Shown: piece by piece, positions 7,914 through 16,220 of the stretch
Position numbering within the stretch: the first letter of the stretch is position 1
Layout of the letters: each line of letters opens with the position of its first letter
Assembly (NCBI GenBank): GCA_021827485.1
Contig: JAKAVM010000058.1
Span: 1-59,898, forward strand
DNA length: 59,898 nt
Source of the DNA: Actinomycetes bacterium
GTDB lineage: Bacteria; Actinomycetota; Acidimicrobiia; Acidimicrobiales; JAKAVM01
Direction of reading: 5' to 3'
Notes under the pieces: model-generated
Database searches by the model: none
What the model was told of the DNA's origin: nothing
The model's input: only the letters and a program-made list of their open reading frames with translations
Made by a program: the position numbers and the translations under genes

Positions 7914-10766
7914 TTGAGTTCACCATTGATATCAACAGACGACATGCCAGACAGGTGGGCCGTGGTTGACCCCTCCGCCTACCTTGGGCCGGAAAGCTGG
8001 GCCCGCCTGGAGATTGATCGGCAACTCGTTGCCTGTGGGTGGGTGGTCCAGAACCATCGGGAAATGGCCCTCGGCGCCGGGCTCGGGGTGGCGGTTCGGG
8101 AGTTCCCCATGGCCAAGGGCCACGGCACCTCCGACTACGTGCTTTTCGTCAACCGGAGAGCAGTCGGGGTCATTGAGGCGAAAAAAGTAGGCGAGACACT
8201 CACCGAGGTCGAGTGGCAGTCGGCCAAGTACGCCACGGGGCCGGCCGAGGACGTGCAGGCTCCGATGTCACCGCTCCCTTTTTGCTACGAATCGACGGGG
8301 GCTGAAACGAGGTTCACCAACCTGCTCGACCCCGAACCGGCGAGCCGGGAGGTCTTCAGCTTCCACCGACCTGAGACCTTTGCCAGCTGGTTGCGGGTCT
8401 GGGAGGACCTGAGCCTTGGCGGGCCCGACCGGGCGACGCTGCGCCAGTGCCTCCAGTCGATGCCGCCGCTGGATCACAGCAACCTGTGGGACGTTCAGTA
8501 CCAGGCGGTCGCCAACCTGGAGGAATCGCTGCGCTACAACCGGCCCCGTGCTCTCATTCAGATGGCGACCGGTTCGGGAAAGACCCACACCGCGGTTAGC
8601 GCCACCTACCGGCTCATCAAGCACGCTAAGGCGTCCCGGGTGCTCTTCCTGGTGGACCGGGCACACCTCGGCAAGCAGGCTCTGGCCGAATTCCAGTCCT
8701 TTGAGACTCCTGACGACCATCGCAAGTTCACGGAACTCTATGCCGCTGAGCGGTTAACCTCCAACACAATCGGCGATTCCTCAAAAGTAGTCATCACTAC
8801 AATTCAGCGCCTTTTCTCGATTCTAAAAGGCGAACCGGATCTTGACGAGGAGGTCGATGAGCGCACAGGGTTCGACGTCGAGCCAGCGGCCCCGGTCGAG
8901 GTATCCTATAACGATACAGTACCCCCGGAGTTTTTCGACGTAATCATCGTCGACGAGTGTCACCGCTCGATCTATGGGGTGTGGCGCCAAGTGCTCGACT
9001 ACTTCGACGCGTTCATCATCGGGCTGACCGCGACGCCGGGCAAGCAGACCATCGGCTTTTTCAACCAGAACTTTGTCATGGAGTACTCCCACGAGGCGGC
9101 TGTCGCCGATGGCATCAACGTGGACTTCGATGTCTACCGCATTCGTACCGAGATCACTGAGCATGGCTCAAAGGTGGATGCCGGACTCGTCACCAAGTTC
9201 CGCGCCCGTCAAACTCGTAAAACCCGTTACGAGAAAATCGACCAAGACATCGCCTACGCAGGTGCTGACCTCGACCGCTGGGTTGTCTCCAAGGACCAGA
9301 TCCGTACAATCATCCAGACATTCCGGGACAACCTCTTCACCGAGATCTTCCCCGGTAGGTCCTGGGTGCCCAAGACCCTCATCTTTGCAAAAGACGACTC
9401 CCACGCCGACGACATTGTCCAGATCGTGCGCGAAGAGTTCGGCTGGGGCAACGATCGCGCCGCCAAGATCACCTACAAGTCGCGCTCTGCAGGAGACAAT
9501 CCCGACCAGCTTCTCAAAGACTTCCAAACATCCCCTACGCTTCGGATCGCGGTAACCGTCGACATGATCGCCACCGGCACCGACGTGAAGCCTCTTGAAT
9601 GTGTCATGTTCATGCGAATGGTGCACTCCCGCAACTACTTCGAGCAGATGAAGGGGCGGGGAGTGCGGGTCATCGAGCCCAACGATTTGAAAGTCGTGAC
9701 CGGCGACGCCGAGGTGAAGGACCGCTTCGTCATCGTGGACGCCATTGGAGTCACCGAGGCGGACTTGCACGATACGGTGCCCCTGGAGCGAAAGCCTAGC
9801 GTATCCTTCGACAAGATGCTCCTTCGCCTGGTGCACGGGCGCTTCGACGAGGACACCGTTTCCTCGGTTGCCTCCCGCATCGCCCGGCTCGATCGTTCCA
9901 TCACGAGCGACGATCGTGCCGATCTGGAAAAGGTGGCGGGAGTCTCCCTGATCGAACTCTCCCACCTGCTACTCGACTCCCTGGACCCGGATCGACACGT
10001 GGAGGCCGCCCGGCAAGCAACGGGTCTGGCCGATCCGAGCGAGGCAGACGTGGCGGCAGCGGCCCAGTCGATCATCGAACTGGCAGTGCGCCCCATCGCC
10101 GACAACCCGCAACTGCGCCAGAAGCTGGTCGACGTACGGAAGTCCTACGAGCAGTTGATCGACGAGTTCTCCGCCGATCGAGTGATCTCCGCCGAGCTAT
10201 CGCGCGACGCCACGGACCGGGCGCGCTCCATCGTGACGTCCTGGCGGGCCTATATCGACGAACACAAGGACGAGATCACCGCGCTCCAGGTGCTCTATTC
10301 CCAGCCCCACAGACGCAGGCTCTCCTTCCCCGATATCAAGGAACTGGCGCACGCGATCAAACGGCCGCCGTATCGCTGGACGCCGGAGACTCTGTGGAAC
10401 GCTTATGAAACACTCGACAAGTCCAAGGTGCGCGGGTCGGGAAGCCGAGTGCTCACCGACATTGTGTCGCTGGTGCGTTTCGCACTCTCTCAGGACTCCA
10501 CGCTGGTCCCCTATACGGATCGGGTCGAAGAGAAATTCGCTGGCTGGCTTGCTCAACAGGCACAGGCCGGTCGTGTGTTCACACCGGACCAGGAGCGGTG
10601 GTTGCGGTGGATCGCCGAAGCCATCGCATCGTCGCTGACTGTCGATACCGACGCCTTCGAGTACGAGCCCTTCGTCCAGGACGGCGGAATCGGGCGGGCG
10701 GTGGAACTCTTCGGTGACGACTTGGGGCCGTTGCTGGACGAGCTGAACCGGGAGCTGGCGGCGTGA
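7914..10766 (+). CDS. hsdR: Type I restriction endonuclease subunit R (EcoEI/EcoAI-like)
   Basis: SDYVLF...VIEAKK nuclease motif, ATGSGKT, DECHRS, TATP, QMKGRG, and a C-terminal EcoEI_R_C-like region. Confidence 0.95.
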   Translation: MSSPLISTDDMPDRWAVVDPSAYLGPESWARLEIDRQLVACGWVVQNHREMALGAGLGVAVREFPMAKGHGTSDYVLFVNRRAVGVIEAKKVGETLTEVEWQSAKYATGPAEDVQAPMSPLPFCYESTGAETRFTNLLDPEPASREVFSFHRPETFASWLRVWEDLSLGGPDRATLRQCLQSMPPLDHSNLWDVQYQAVANLEESLRYNRPRALIQMATGSGKTHTAVSATYRLIKHAKASRVLFLVDRAHLGKQALAEFQSFETPDDHRKFTELYAAERLTSNTIGDSSKVVITTIQRLFSILKGEPDLDEEVDERTGFDVEPAAPVEVSYNDTVPPEFFDVIIVDECHRSIYGVWRQVLDYFDAFIIGLTATPGKQTIGFFNQNFVMEYSHEAAVADGINVDFDVYRIRTEITEHGSKVDAGLVTKFRARQTRKTRYEKIDQDIAYAGADLDRWVVSKDQIRTIIQTFRDNLFTEIFPGRSWVPKTLIFAKDDSHADDIVQIVREEFGWGNDRAAKITYKSRSAGDNPDQLLKDFQTSPTLRIAVTVDMIATGTDVKPLECVMFMRMVHSRNYFEQMKGRGVRVIEPNDLKVVTGDAEVKDRFVIVDAIGVTEADLHDTVPLERKPSVSFDKMLLRLVHGRFDEDTVSSVASRIARLDRSITSDDRADLEKVAGVSLIELSHLLLDSLDPDRHVEAARQATGLADPSEADVAAAAQSIIELAVRPIADNPQLRQKLVDVRKSYEQLIDEFSADRVISAELSRDATDRARSIVTSWRAYIDEHKDEITALQVLYSQPHRRRLSFPDIKELAHAIKRPPYRWTPETLWNAYETLDKSKVRGSGSRVLTDIVSLVRFALSQDSTLVPYTDRVEEKFAGWLAQQAQAGRVFTPDQERWLRWIAEAIASSLTVDTDAFEYEPFVQDGGIGRAVELFGDDLGPLLDELNRELAA

Positions 10767-12034
10767 GCGAGCTGCCGACGGGGTGGGTGGAGACGACAAT
10801 TGGTTCGGTCATTTCGCCTGCTGGGGAGAGGTCTACCCCGGGTGCTGATGATGCCCGACATTACATCGGGCTTGAACACATCGAGGCTCACACCACTCGA
10901 ATTCTCGGCTCGCAATTAGCGAGCCAGATTCGAAGCTCCGCTGTCAGCTTCCAAAAAGATAGCGTGCTTTACGGCAGAATGCGGCCATACCTAAACAAGG
11001 TGTGCCTCGCCCCGTTTGATGGGATCGGATCACCGGAGCTTATCGTTCTTCCACCCTCATTGGGGATCCGGCCGCGATTTCTCTTGTATCGGATAAGCCA
11101 CACCGATTTCGTCAGCTTTGCAATGAAGCACATCGAAGGTGACCGACCGCGGGTCAAGTGGAACCAACTTGCAGATTTTCCGATCGATTTGCCGCCGGTC
11201 GCCGAGCAGGACCGCATCGTCGCCGCCATCGAGGAGCAGTTCTCCCGGCTCGATGCTGCCGAGGCGTCGTTGCAAAGAGCGAAGCGGAATGTGGAGAGGA
11301 TGCGGAGGGCGGTGCTGGCGGAAGCCTTTCCGAGAGGAGACGAGCTGCCGACGGGGTGGGTGGAGACGACAATTGGTTCGGTCATTTCGCCTGCTGGGGA
11401 GAGGTCTACCCCGGGTGCTGATGATGCCCGACATTACATCGGGCTTGAACACATCGAGGCTCACACCACTCGAATTCTCGGCTCGCAATTAGCGAGCCAG
11501 ATTCGAAGCTCCGCTGTCAGCTTCCAAAAAGATAGCGTGCTTTACGGCAGAATGCGGCCATACCTAAACAAGGTGTGCCTCGCCCCGTTTGATGGGATCG
11601 GATCACCGGAGCTTATCGTTCTTCCACCCTCATTGGGGATCCGGCCGCGATTTCTCTTGTATCGGATAAGCCACACCGATTTCGTCAGCTTTGCAATGAA
11701 GCACATCGAAGGTGACCGACCGCGGGTCAAGTGGAACCAACTTGCAGATTTTCCGATCGATTTGCCGCCGGTCGCCGAGCAGGACCGCATCGTCGCCGCC
11801 ATCGAGGAGCAGTTCTCCATTCTCGATTCGCTCTTTGCCGCGATAGACCACTCGCTCGTCCGCTCCGCCCACCTACGCCGGGCGATCCTGGAGCAGGCGT
11901 TCACCGGCAGGCTCGTTCCCCAAAACCCGAGCGACGAGCCTGCCTCGGCCCTGCTTGAGAGAATAGAGCAGGTCAGGCGAGACAATCTGGCCGCATCGAA
12001 GACCAAGAAGGGTAAGGTGGCGACGCCACGATGA
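10763..12034 (+). CDS. hsdS: Type I RM specificity subunit with two identical TRDs
   Basis: LPTGW and LPPVAEQDRIV conserved regions, ILEQAFTGRLVPQNPSDEPASALL tail, GTGA overlap with hsdR. Confidence 0.95.
   Translation: MSELPTGWVETTIGSVISPAGERSTPGADDARHYIGLEHIEAHTTRILGSQLASQIRSSAVSFQKDSVLYGRMRPYLNKVCLAPFDGIGSPELIVLPPSLGIRPRFLLYRISHTDFVSFAMKHIEGDRPRVKWNQLADFPIDLPPVAEQDRIVAAIEEQFSRLDAAEASLQRAKRNVERMRRAVLAEAFPRGDELPTGWVETTIGSVISPAGERSTPGADDARHYIGLEHIEAHTTRILGSQLASQIRSSAVSFQKDSVLYGRMRPYLNKVCLAPFDGIGSPELIVLPPSLGIRPRFLLYRISHTDFVSFAMKHIEGDRPRVKWNQLADFPIDLPPVAEQDRIVAAIEEQFSILDSLFAAIDHSLVRSAHLRRAILEQAFTGRLVPQNPSDEPASALLERIEQVRRDNLAASKTKKGKVATPR
10768..11818 (+). repeat. ~478-bp apparently perfect direct repeat (10768-11245 / 11341-11818)
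   Basis: Same nucleotide and protein sequence for both TRDs, offset 573 bp. Confidence 0.95.
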
Positions 12035-12399
12035 CACTTCCTCACACACTTTACGAAGTCGTCGACGGTAGGACGCTCTATGCCGGTCGCACCGTGGCCC
12101 AATGGCTGCCCGATGTCATACAGCGAATTGTCGATCGCTTCTCACCCTTGAAAATTGTACTTTTTGGCTCGCTAGCCACAGGGACGGACACCGGCGAAAG
12201 CGACATTGATCTACTAATAGTTCTGAGGAAACTGAACGGTCGCCATCACGACGTGGCAGTTTCTATTCTGCGCGAACTGCGCGACATACCGGTTCCAATT
12301 GATCTGTTGGTCACTGACGAGGAGGAGATACAGCGGCGTGGCGATTTGCCCGGAATTCTCCGAGTCGCCCTTCGTGAAGGTTCAGTCGTCTATGGTTGA
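12031..12399 (+). CDS. Minimal nucleotidyltransferase (MNT family)
   Basis: LFGSLATG...SDIDLL and PIDLLV motifs; ATGA overlap with hsdS. Confidence 0.9.
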   Translation: MTLPHTLYEVVDGRTLYAGRTVAQWLPDVIQRIVDRFSPLKIVLFGSLATGTDTGESDIDLLIVLRKLNGRHHDVAVSILRELRDIPVPIDLLVTDEEEIQRRGDLPGILRVALREGSVVYG

Positions 12400-12511
12400 G
12401 AAAAGTGGAACCTTCGAAACAAAGCATAATCTTCTTCAACTCTCTCAATTGGTTACCCGTTTAGAGATCGTGGCACGATATATTGAACTTTCTAATACAG
12501 GAGGGCATTAA
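12392..12511 (+). pseudogene. Possible truncated HEPN remnant (39 aa)
   Basis: ATG overlaps the MNT end. MVEKSGTFETKHNLLQL resembles the HEPN (K/R)THdL..L motif. Confidence 0.3.
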
Positions 12512-12514
12512 GTT

Positions 12515-12901
12515 ATGACTACCCAACTAGAAACCAATCTTAACAATCGCGCATGGATATTCCAAGCCAATCCCCTACATTTCGACATCGATGACGCATT
12601 GAAGTCGCTGGATCGCATCTGGTGGCGAGTTCCTCAGCATACATTCCATATCCATGTTGGTGATATTGTCGTGATATGGAGAAGTGGAAAGGCTGCTGGA
12701 ATTGTCGGCATGGATCGAGTTGTTTCTGAACTACGGCTCAAGGCAATGGAGCCTTCCGAAATGGAGCTTGTCCGATCTGAGGCTAGCTATCGAGTCCGCA
12801 GCCAAGCTTGGCACCAAGGAAGTGAACAGGTCGTGATCCAGACGGAATCTGAAGAAAGTGGCACTTCGATGCAGGCAGCACCGGGTATTTGGCATGCGTG
12901 A
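12515..12901 (+). CDS. EVE (PUA-like) domain protein, probably truncated
   Basis: AWIFQANP..FDI, W.V......I..GD.V.IWRSG...GIVG..RV pattern; GGAGGG RBS. Confidence 0.7.
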   Translation: MTTQLETNLNNRAWIFQANPLHFDIDDALKSLDRIWWRVPQHTFHIHVGDIVVIWRSGKAAGIVGMDRVVSELRLKAMEPSEMELVRSEASYRVRSQAWHQGSEQVVIQTESEESGTSMQAAPGIWHA

Positions 12902-13817
12902 ATGGTCCCCCCATACCGAGGAGAAGATCTCGATCCTCGCCGACTACCTCGGTGAATTCACCGTGGCTGCCCGGACCGCGGTCAACCGGATTTACATGGA
13001 CCTGTTCGCCGGGGAAACCGTCAACATCTTGAAGACGACGGGTGAGCAGTTCCCCGGTTCAGCGGAGATTGCACGGGCTGTCGAGCCCCCTTTCACCTCG
13101 CTCATCCTCTTTGAGAAGGACCACCAACGCGCTACAGATCTCCGCACTCTTGCCCGTGACCACGGTGATAGCCGGGTCACCGTCGTCGAGGGCGACTGCA
13201 ATGCGAATATGCTTGCCGCTCTTCGGGCCGTTCCGACCCAGGCTCCGGTATTCGCCTTTGTCGATCCCGATGGCATGGAGGTCCAGTTCCGAACCATAGA
13301 GCTTCTCGCCGAGCACAAGCGAAACTCCGGTAAGCCCAAGATCGAGATGTGGGTTCTCCTTCCGACGAGCGGGCTGGTACGCATGCTCGGGGGGAATCGA
13401 AGCGAGGCCGAAAGGCAGGGTCATCCTGACAAGGTGGCCCGCCTCTACGGAGCATGGGGACCCTGGCAAGACGTGTGGGAGGCCCGCCTGGCGGGGACGC
13501 TGTCTCCTGGAGATGCGCGCCTGGCATACCTCCTCCTATACATGGACCGGCTTGCTGGCCTCGAATACACCTACCTGCTTGCGCGCCCGATCAAGAACTC
13601 CCGTGGCGAGCTGTACGTCATGGTCTTCGCTACCGATCATCCTGCCGGGCAGAGCATCATGCAATGGGCACAAGAGAAGGATCGGGTGGTGCGTCGTACT
13701 GCTACCCCACCTCTTTTTCAATACCCGGAGGCCCGTCCCGCTTACGAGGACATTCATACGGAGTGGCGCGAGCAATTCCCCGTTTCCCTGTCCGAATGGG
13801 TGGAGTACCAGTGGTGA
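12858..13817 (+). CDS. tcmP: Three-Cys-motif partner protein (Rossmann methyltransferase-like); likely start at internal MREW (12894)
   Basis: W..HT..K...L..YL, YMDLFAG, GDCN and FAFVDP.G motifs; adjacent to DUF5131. Confidence 0.85.
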   Translation: MALRCRQHRVFGMREWSPHTEEKISILADYLGEFTVAARTAVNRIYMDLFAGETVNILKTTGEQFPGSAEIARAVEPPFTSLILFEKDHQRATDLRTLARDHGDSRVTVVEGDCNANMLAALRAVPTQAPVFAFVDPDGMEVQFRTIELLAEHKRNSGKPKIEMWVLLPTSGLVRMLGGNRSEAERQGHPDKVARLYGAWGPWQDVWEARLAGTLSPGDARLAYLLLYMDRLAGLEYTYLLARPIKNSRGELYVMVFATDHPAGQSIMQWAQEKDRVVRRTATPPLFQYPEARPAYEDIHTEWREQFPVSLSEWVEYQW

Positions 13818-13847
13818 TCGAGCGACACACGACGAGAGGGTCCCTTC

Positions 13848-14615
13848 ATGGCTAAGAGCTCGATCGAGTGGACCGAGGCCACCTGGAATCCGACGACCGG
13901 CTGCGACCGCACGTCGCCGGGCTGCGACCGCTGCTACGCGCTGACGCTCGCTAAGCGACTCAAGGCGATGGGTCACGAGAAGTACCAGCGAGACGGCGAC
14001 CCTGCCACCAGCGGACCCGGCTTCGGCATTGCGCTACATCCCGAGACCCTGGGTATTCCCCAATCATGGGGCGCCCCGCGGGTCATCTTCGTCAATTCGA
14101 TGAGCGACCTTTTCCATCCAGAGGTTCCGCTGGCCTTCATTCGCGATGTGTTCGACGTGATGGAGGCGACCCCTCGGCACACATACCAGGTGCTCACCAA
14201 GCGTTCGAAGCGCCTCGCCCAGCTCGCCGATCAGCTCTCCTGGCCGGCAAACGTGTGGATGGGAGTGAGCGTCGAGAACCAGCGCTACGCCTTCCGGGCC
14301 GATCATCTTCGGGAGGTCCCGGCCGCGGTGCGATTCCTCTCGGTGGAACCGATGCTCGGTCCGGTGGTTCCCGATCTCTCCGGAATCGACTGGATGATTG
14401 TCGGTGGCGAGAGCGGTCCGGGAGCCAGGCCTGTGGAACCCGAGTGGGTGCGGAATCTCCGCGACCTGTGCGTCGGCGCGAACGTACCCTTTTTTTTCAA
14501 ACAATGGGGCGGAAGAACACCCAAGGCCGGTGGTAGGACTCTGGACGGGCGGACCTGGGACGAGTACCCGGAGCCGGAGGCCACGCAACGCCTGACCTGC
14601 GTTGGGGAAGGCTGA
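13848..14615 (+). CDS. DUF5131 / phage Gp37Gp68 family protein (radical-SAM-like three-Cys motif)
   Basis: IEWTEATWNPTTGCDRTSPGCDRCYA (Cx6CxxC), FVNSMSDLFH, LTKR, GGESG, FFKQWGG. Confidence 0.93.
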   Translation: MAKSSIEWTEATWNPTTGCDRTSPGCDRCYALTLAKRLKAMGHEKYQRDGDPATSGPGFGIALHPETLGIPQSWGAPRVIFVNSMSDLFHPEVPLAFIRDVFDVMEATPRHTYQVLTKRSKRLAQLADQLSWPANVWMGVSVENQRYAFRADHLREVPAAVRFLSVEPMLGPVVPDLSGIDWMIVGGESGPGARPVEPEWVRNLRDLCVGANVPFFFKQWGGRTPKAGGRTLDGRTWDEYPEPEATQRLTCVGEG

Positions 14616-14616
14616 G

Positions 14617-16089
14617 ATGACCGATCCCAAGGCGCTCGTCGCCAAGCTGTGGAACTACTGCAACATCTTGCGGGACGACGGTCTCTCCTACGGCGACTAC
14701 TTGGAGCAGCTCACCTACCTGCTCTTCCTGAAGATGGCCGACGAACAGACCCGTCCACCCTTCAGCCGGGAAGCGGTCGTCCCCTACGGCCTCGACTGGC
14801 AGTCTCTCAAGGACAGAAGCGGAGACGAACTCGAAGCGCACTACATCCGCATCCTAAACGAGTTGGGCAGGCAACCGGGGATGCTCGGTGTCATCTTCCG
14901 CAAAGCGCAGAACCGCATCCAGGACCCGGCGAAGCTCCGGCGCCTCGTCGTCGAGCTCATCGACCAGGAGTCGTGGATGACGCTGAAAGCCGACGTCAAG
15001 GGCGACGCGTACGAGGGGCTCCTACAGAAGAACGCCGAGGATACCAAGTCCGGTGCTGGCCAGTACTTCACTCCCCGCCCGCTCATCCACGCAATCGTCG
15101 AGGTGATGGCTCCGGTGGCGGGAATGAGGATCTGCGATCCGGCGTGCGGGACCGGTGGGTTCCTATTGGCCGCCCACGACTACATCGCCCAGCACAACCC
15201 CTACCTCAATCCCGATGAACGCAAGGAGCTGCGCTTCGAGGCGCTCCACGGGTGGGAGATCGTTGATAACACCGCCCGCCTGTGCGCGATGAACCTCCTT
15301 CTACACGGGATCGCGGCCGCCGATGCCGAGAGCCCCATCAGAGTAGATGACGCCATGAAGTCCGACCCTGGTGCACGCTACGACATGGTGCTAACTAATC
15401 CACCTTTTGGGAAAAAGTCCTCGGTAACCTTGGTTGGTGCCGACGGCGAATCCCGCAAGCAAGATCTGACCATCCTTCGGGATGACTTTTGGGCGACGAC
15501 ATCCAATAAGCAGCTCAACTTCCTTCAGCACGTACGGACGCTCACCAAAGTCGGTGGATCGGTAGCAATTGTCGTTCCCGATAATGTCCTTTTCGAGGGA
15601 GGCGCAGGTGAGACGATCCGGCGCAAGCTCCTCCATGAGTGCGACGTTCATACGCTGCTGCGGTTGCCGACCGGCGTGTTCTACGCCCAGGGGGTGAAGG
15701 CGAATGTCCTGTTCTTTGACCGTAAGGCTGCCTCGGAAACGCCGTGGACGAAGGAGTTGTGGATCTACGATCTGCGAACCAATCAGCACTTCACCCTGAA
15801 GGAGGATCCGTTGGGCTACGAGGACCTGGGGGACTTCATCAAGTGCTTTTCCGCTGGTGACCGGCCGAAGCGGGTCGAGTCCGATCGGTTCCACTGCTTT
15901 TCTATTGATGAACTCCTGGCACGAGACAAAGCAAGTCTGGATATCTTCTGGTTGAGGGACGAGTCACTGGAGGATGCCGACAACCTGCCAGCACCAGAGG
16001 TGATCGCCGCGGAAATCGTGGAGGACCTGGAGGCGGCGTTGGCGGAGTTTGCAGAAATCGCGGCGAACCTCGGGGCGCGGGAAGCGTGA
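14617..16089 (+). CDS. hsdM: Type I RM N6-adenine methyltransferase subunit M
   Basis: KLWNYCNILRDDG, GQYFTPR, DPACGTGGFL, NPPF. ATG at 14617 (track start 14602). Confidence 0.95.
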   Translation: MTDPKALVAKLWNYCNILRDDGLSYGDYLEQLTYLLFLKMADEQTRPPFSREAVVPYGLDWQSLKDRSGDELEAHYIRILNELGRQPGMLGVIFRKAQNRIQDPAKLRRLVVELIDQESWMTLKADVKGDAYEGLLQKNAEDTKSGAGQYFTPRPLIHAIVEVMAPVAGMRICDPACGTGGFLLAAHDYIAQHNPYLNPDERKELRFEALHGWEIVDNTARLCAMNLLLHGIAAADAESPIRVDDAMKSDPGARYDMVLTNPPFGKKSSVTLVGADGESRKQDLTILRDDFWATTSNKQLNFLQHVRTLTKVGGSVAIVVPDNVLFEGGAGETIRRKLLHECDVHTLLRLPTGVFYAQGVKANVLFFDRKAASETPWTKELWIYDLRTNQHFTLKEDPLGYEDLGDFIKCFSAGDRPKRVESDRFHCFSIDELLARDKASLDIFWLRDESLEDADNLPAPEVIAAEIVEDLEAALAEFAEIAANLGAREA

Positions 16090-16220
16090 AACCGCTGAGC
16101 CAGTCCCCTATTGCAATCACACAATTTAGGCTTGAAGAGGCTCTCCGGGGACGCCAACGAGCAGATGACGAAGCGAGAGTAGGACTTCACACGAATGAGA
16201 GGGAAGGCGGGTAGACAGCT

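Noticed and set aside
10763-12034. Invertible hsdS shufflon
   Set aside because: The repeats are direct rather than inverted, with no silent hsdS copies or recombinase nearby.
7932-16190. Numerous antisense and alternate-frame ORFs in the RM region
   Set aside because: Shadow ORFs expected in GC-rich coding DNA; no recognisable motifs.
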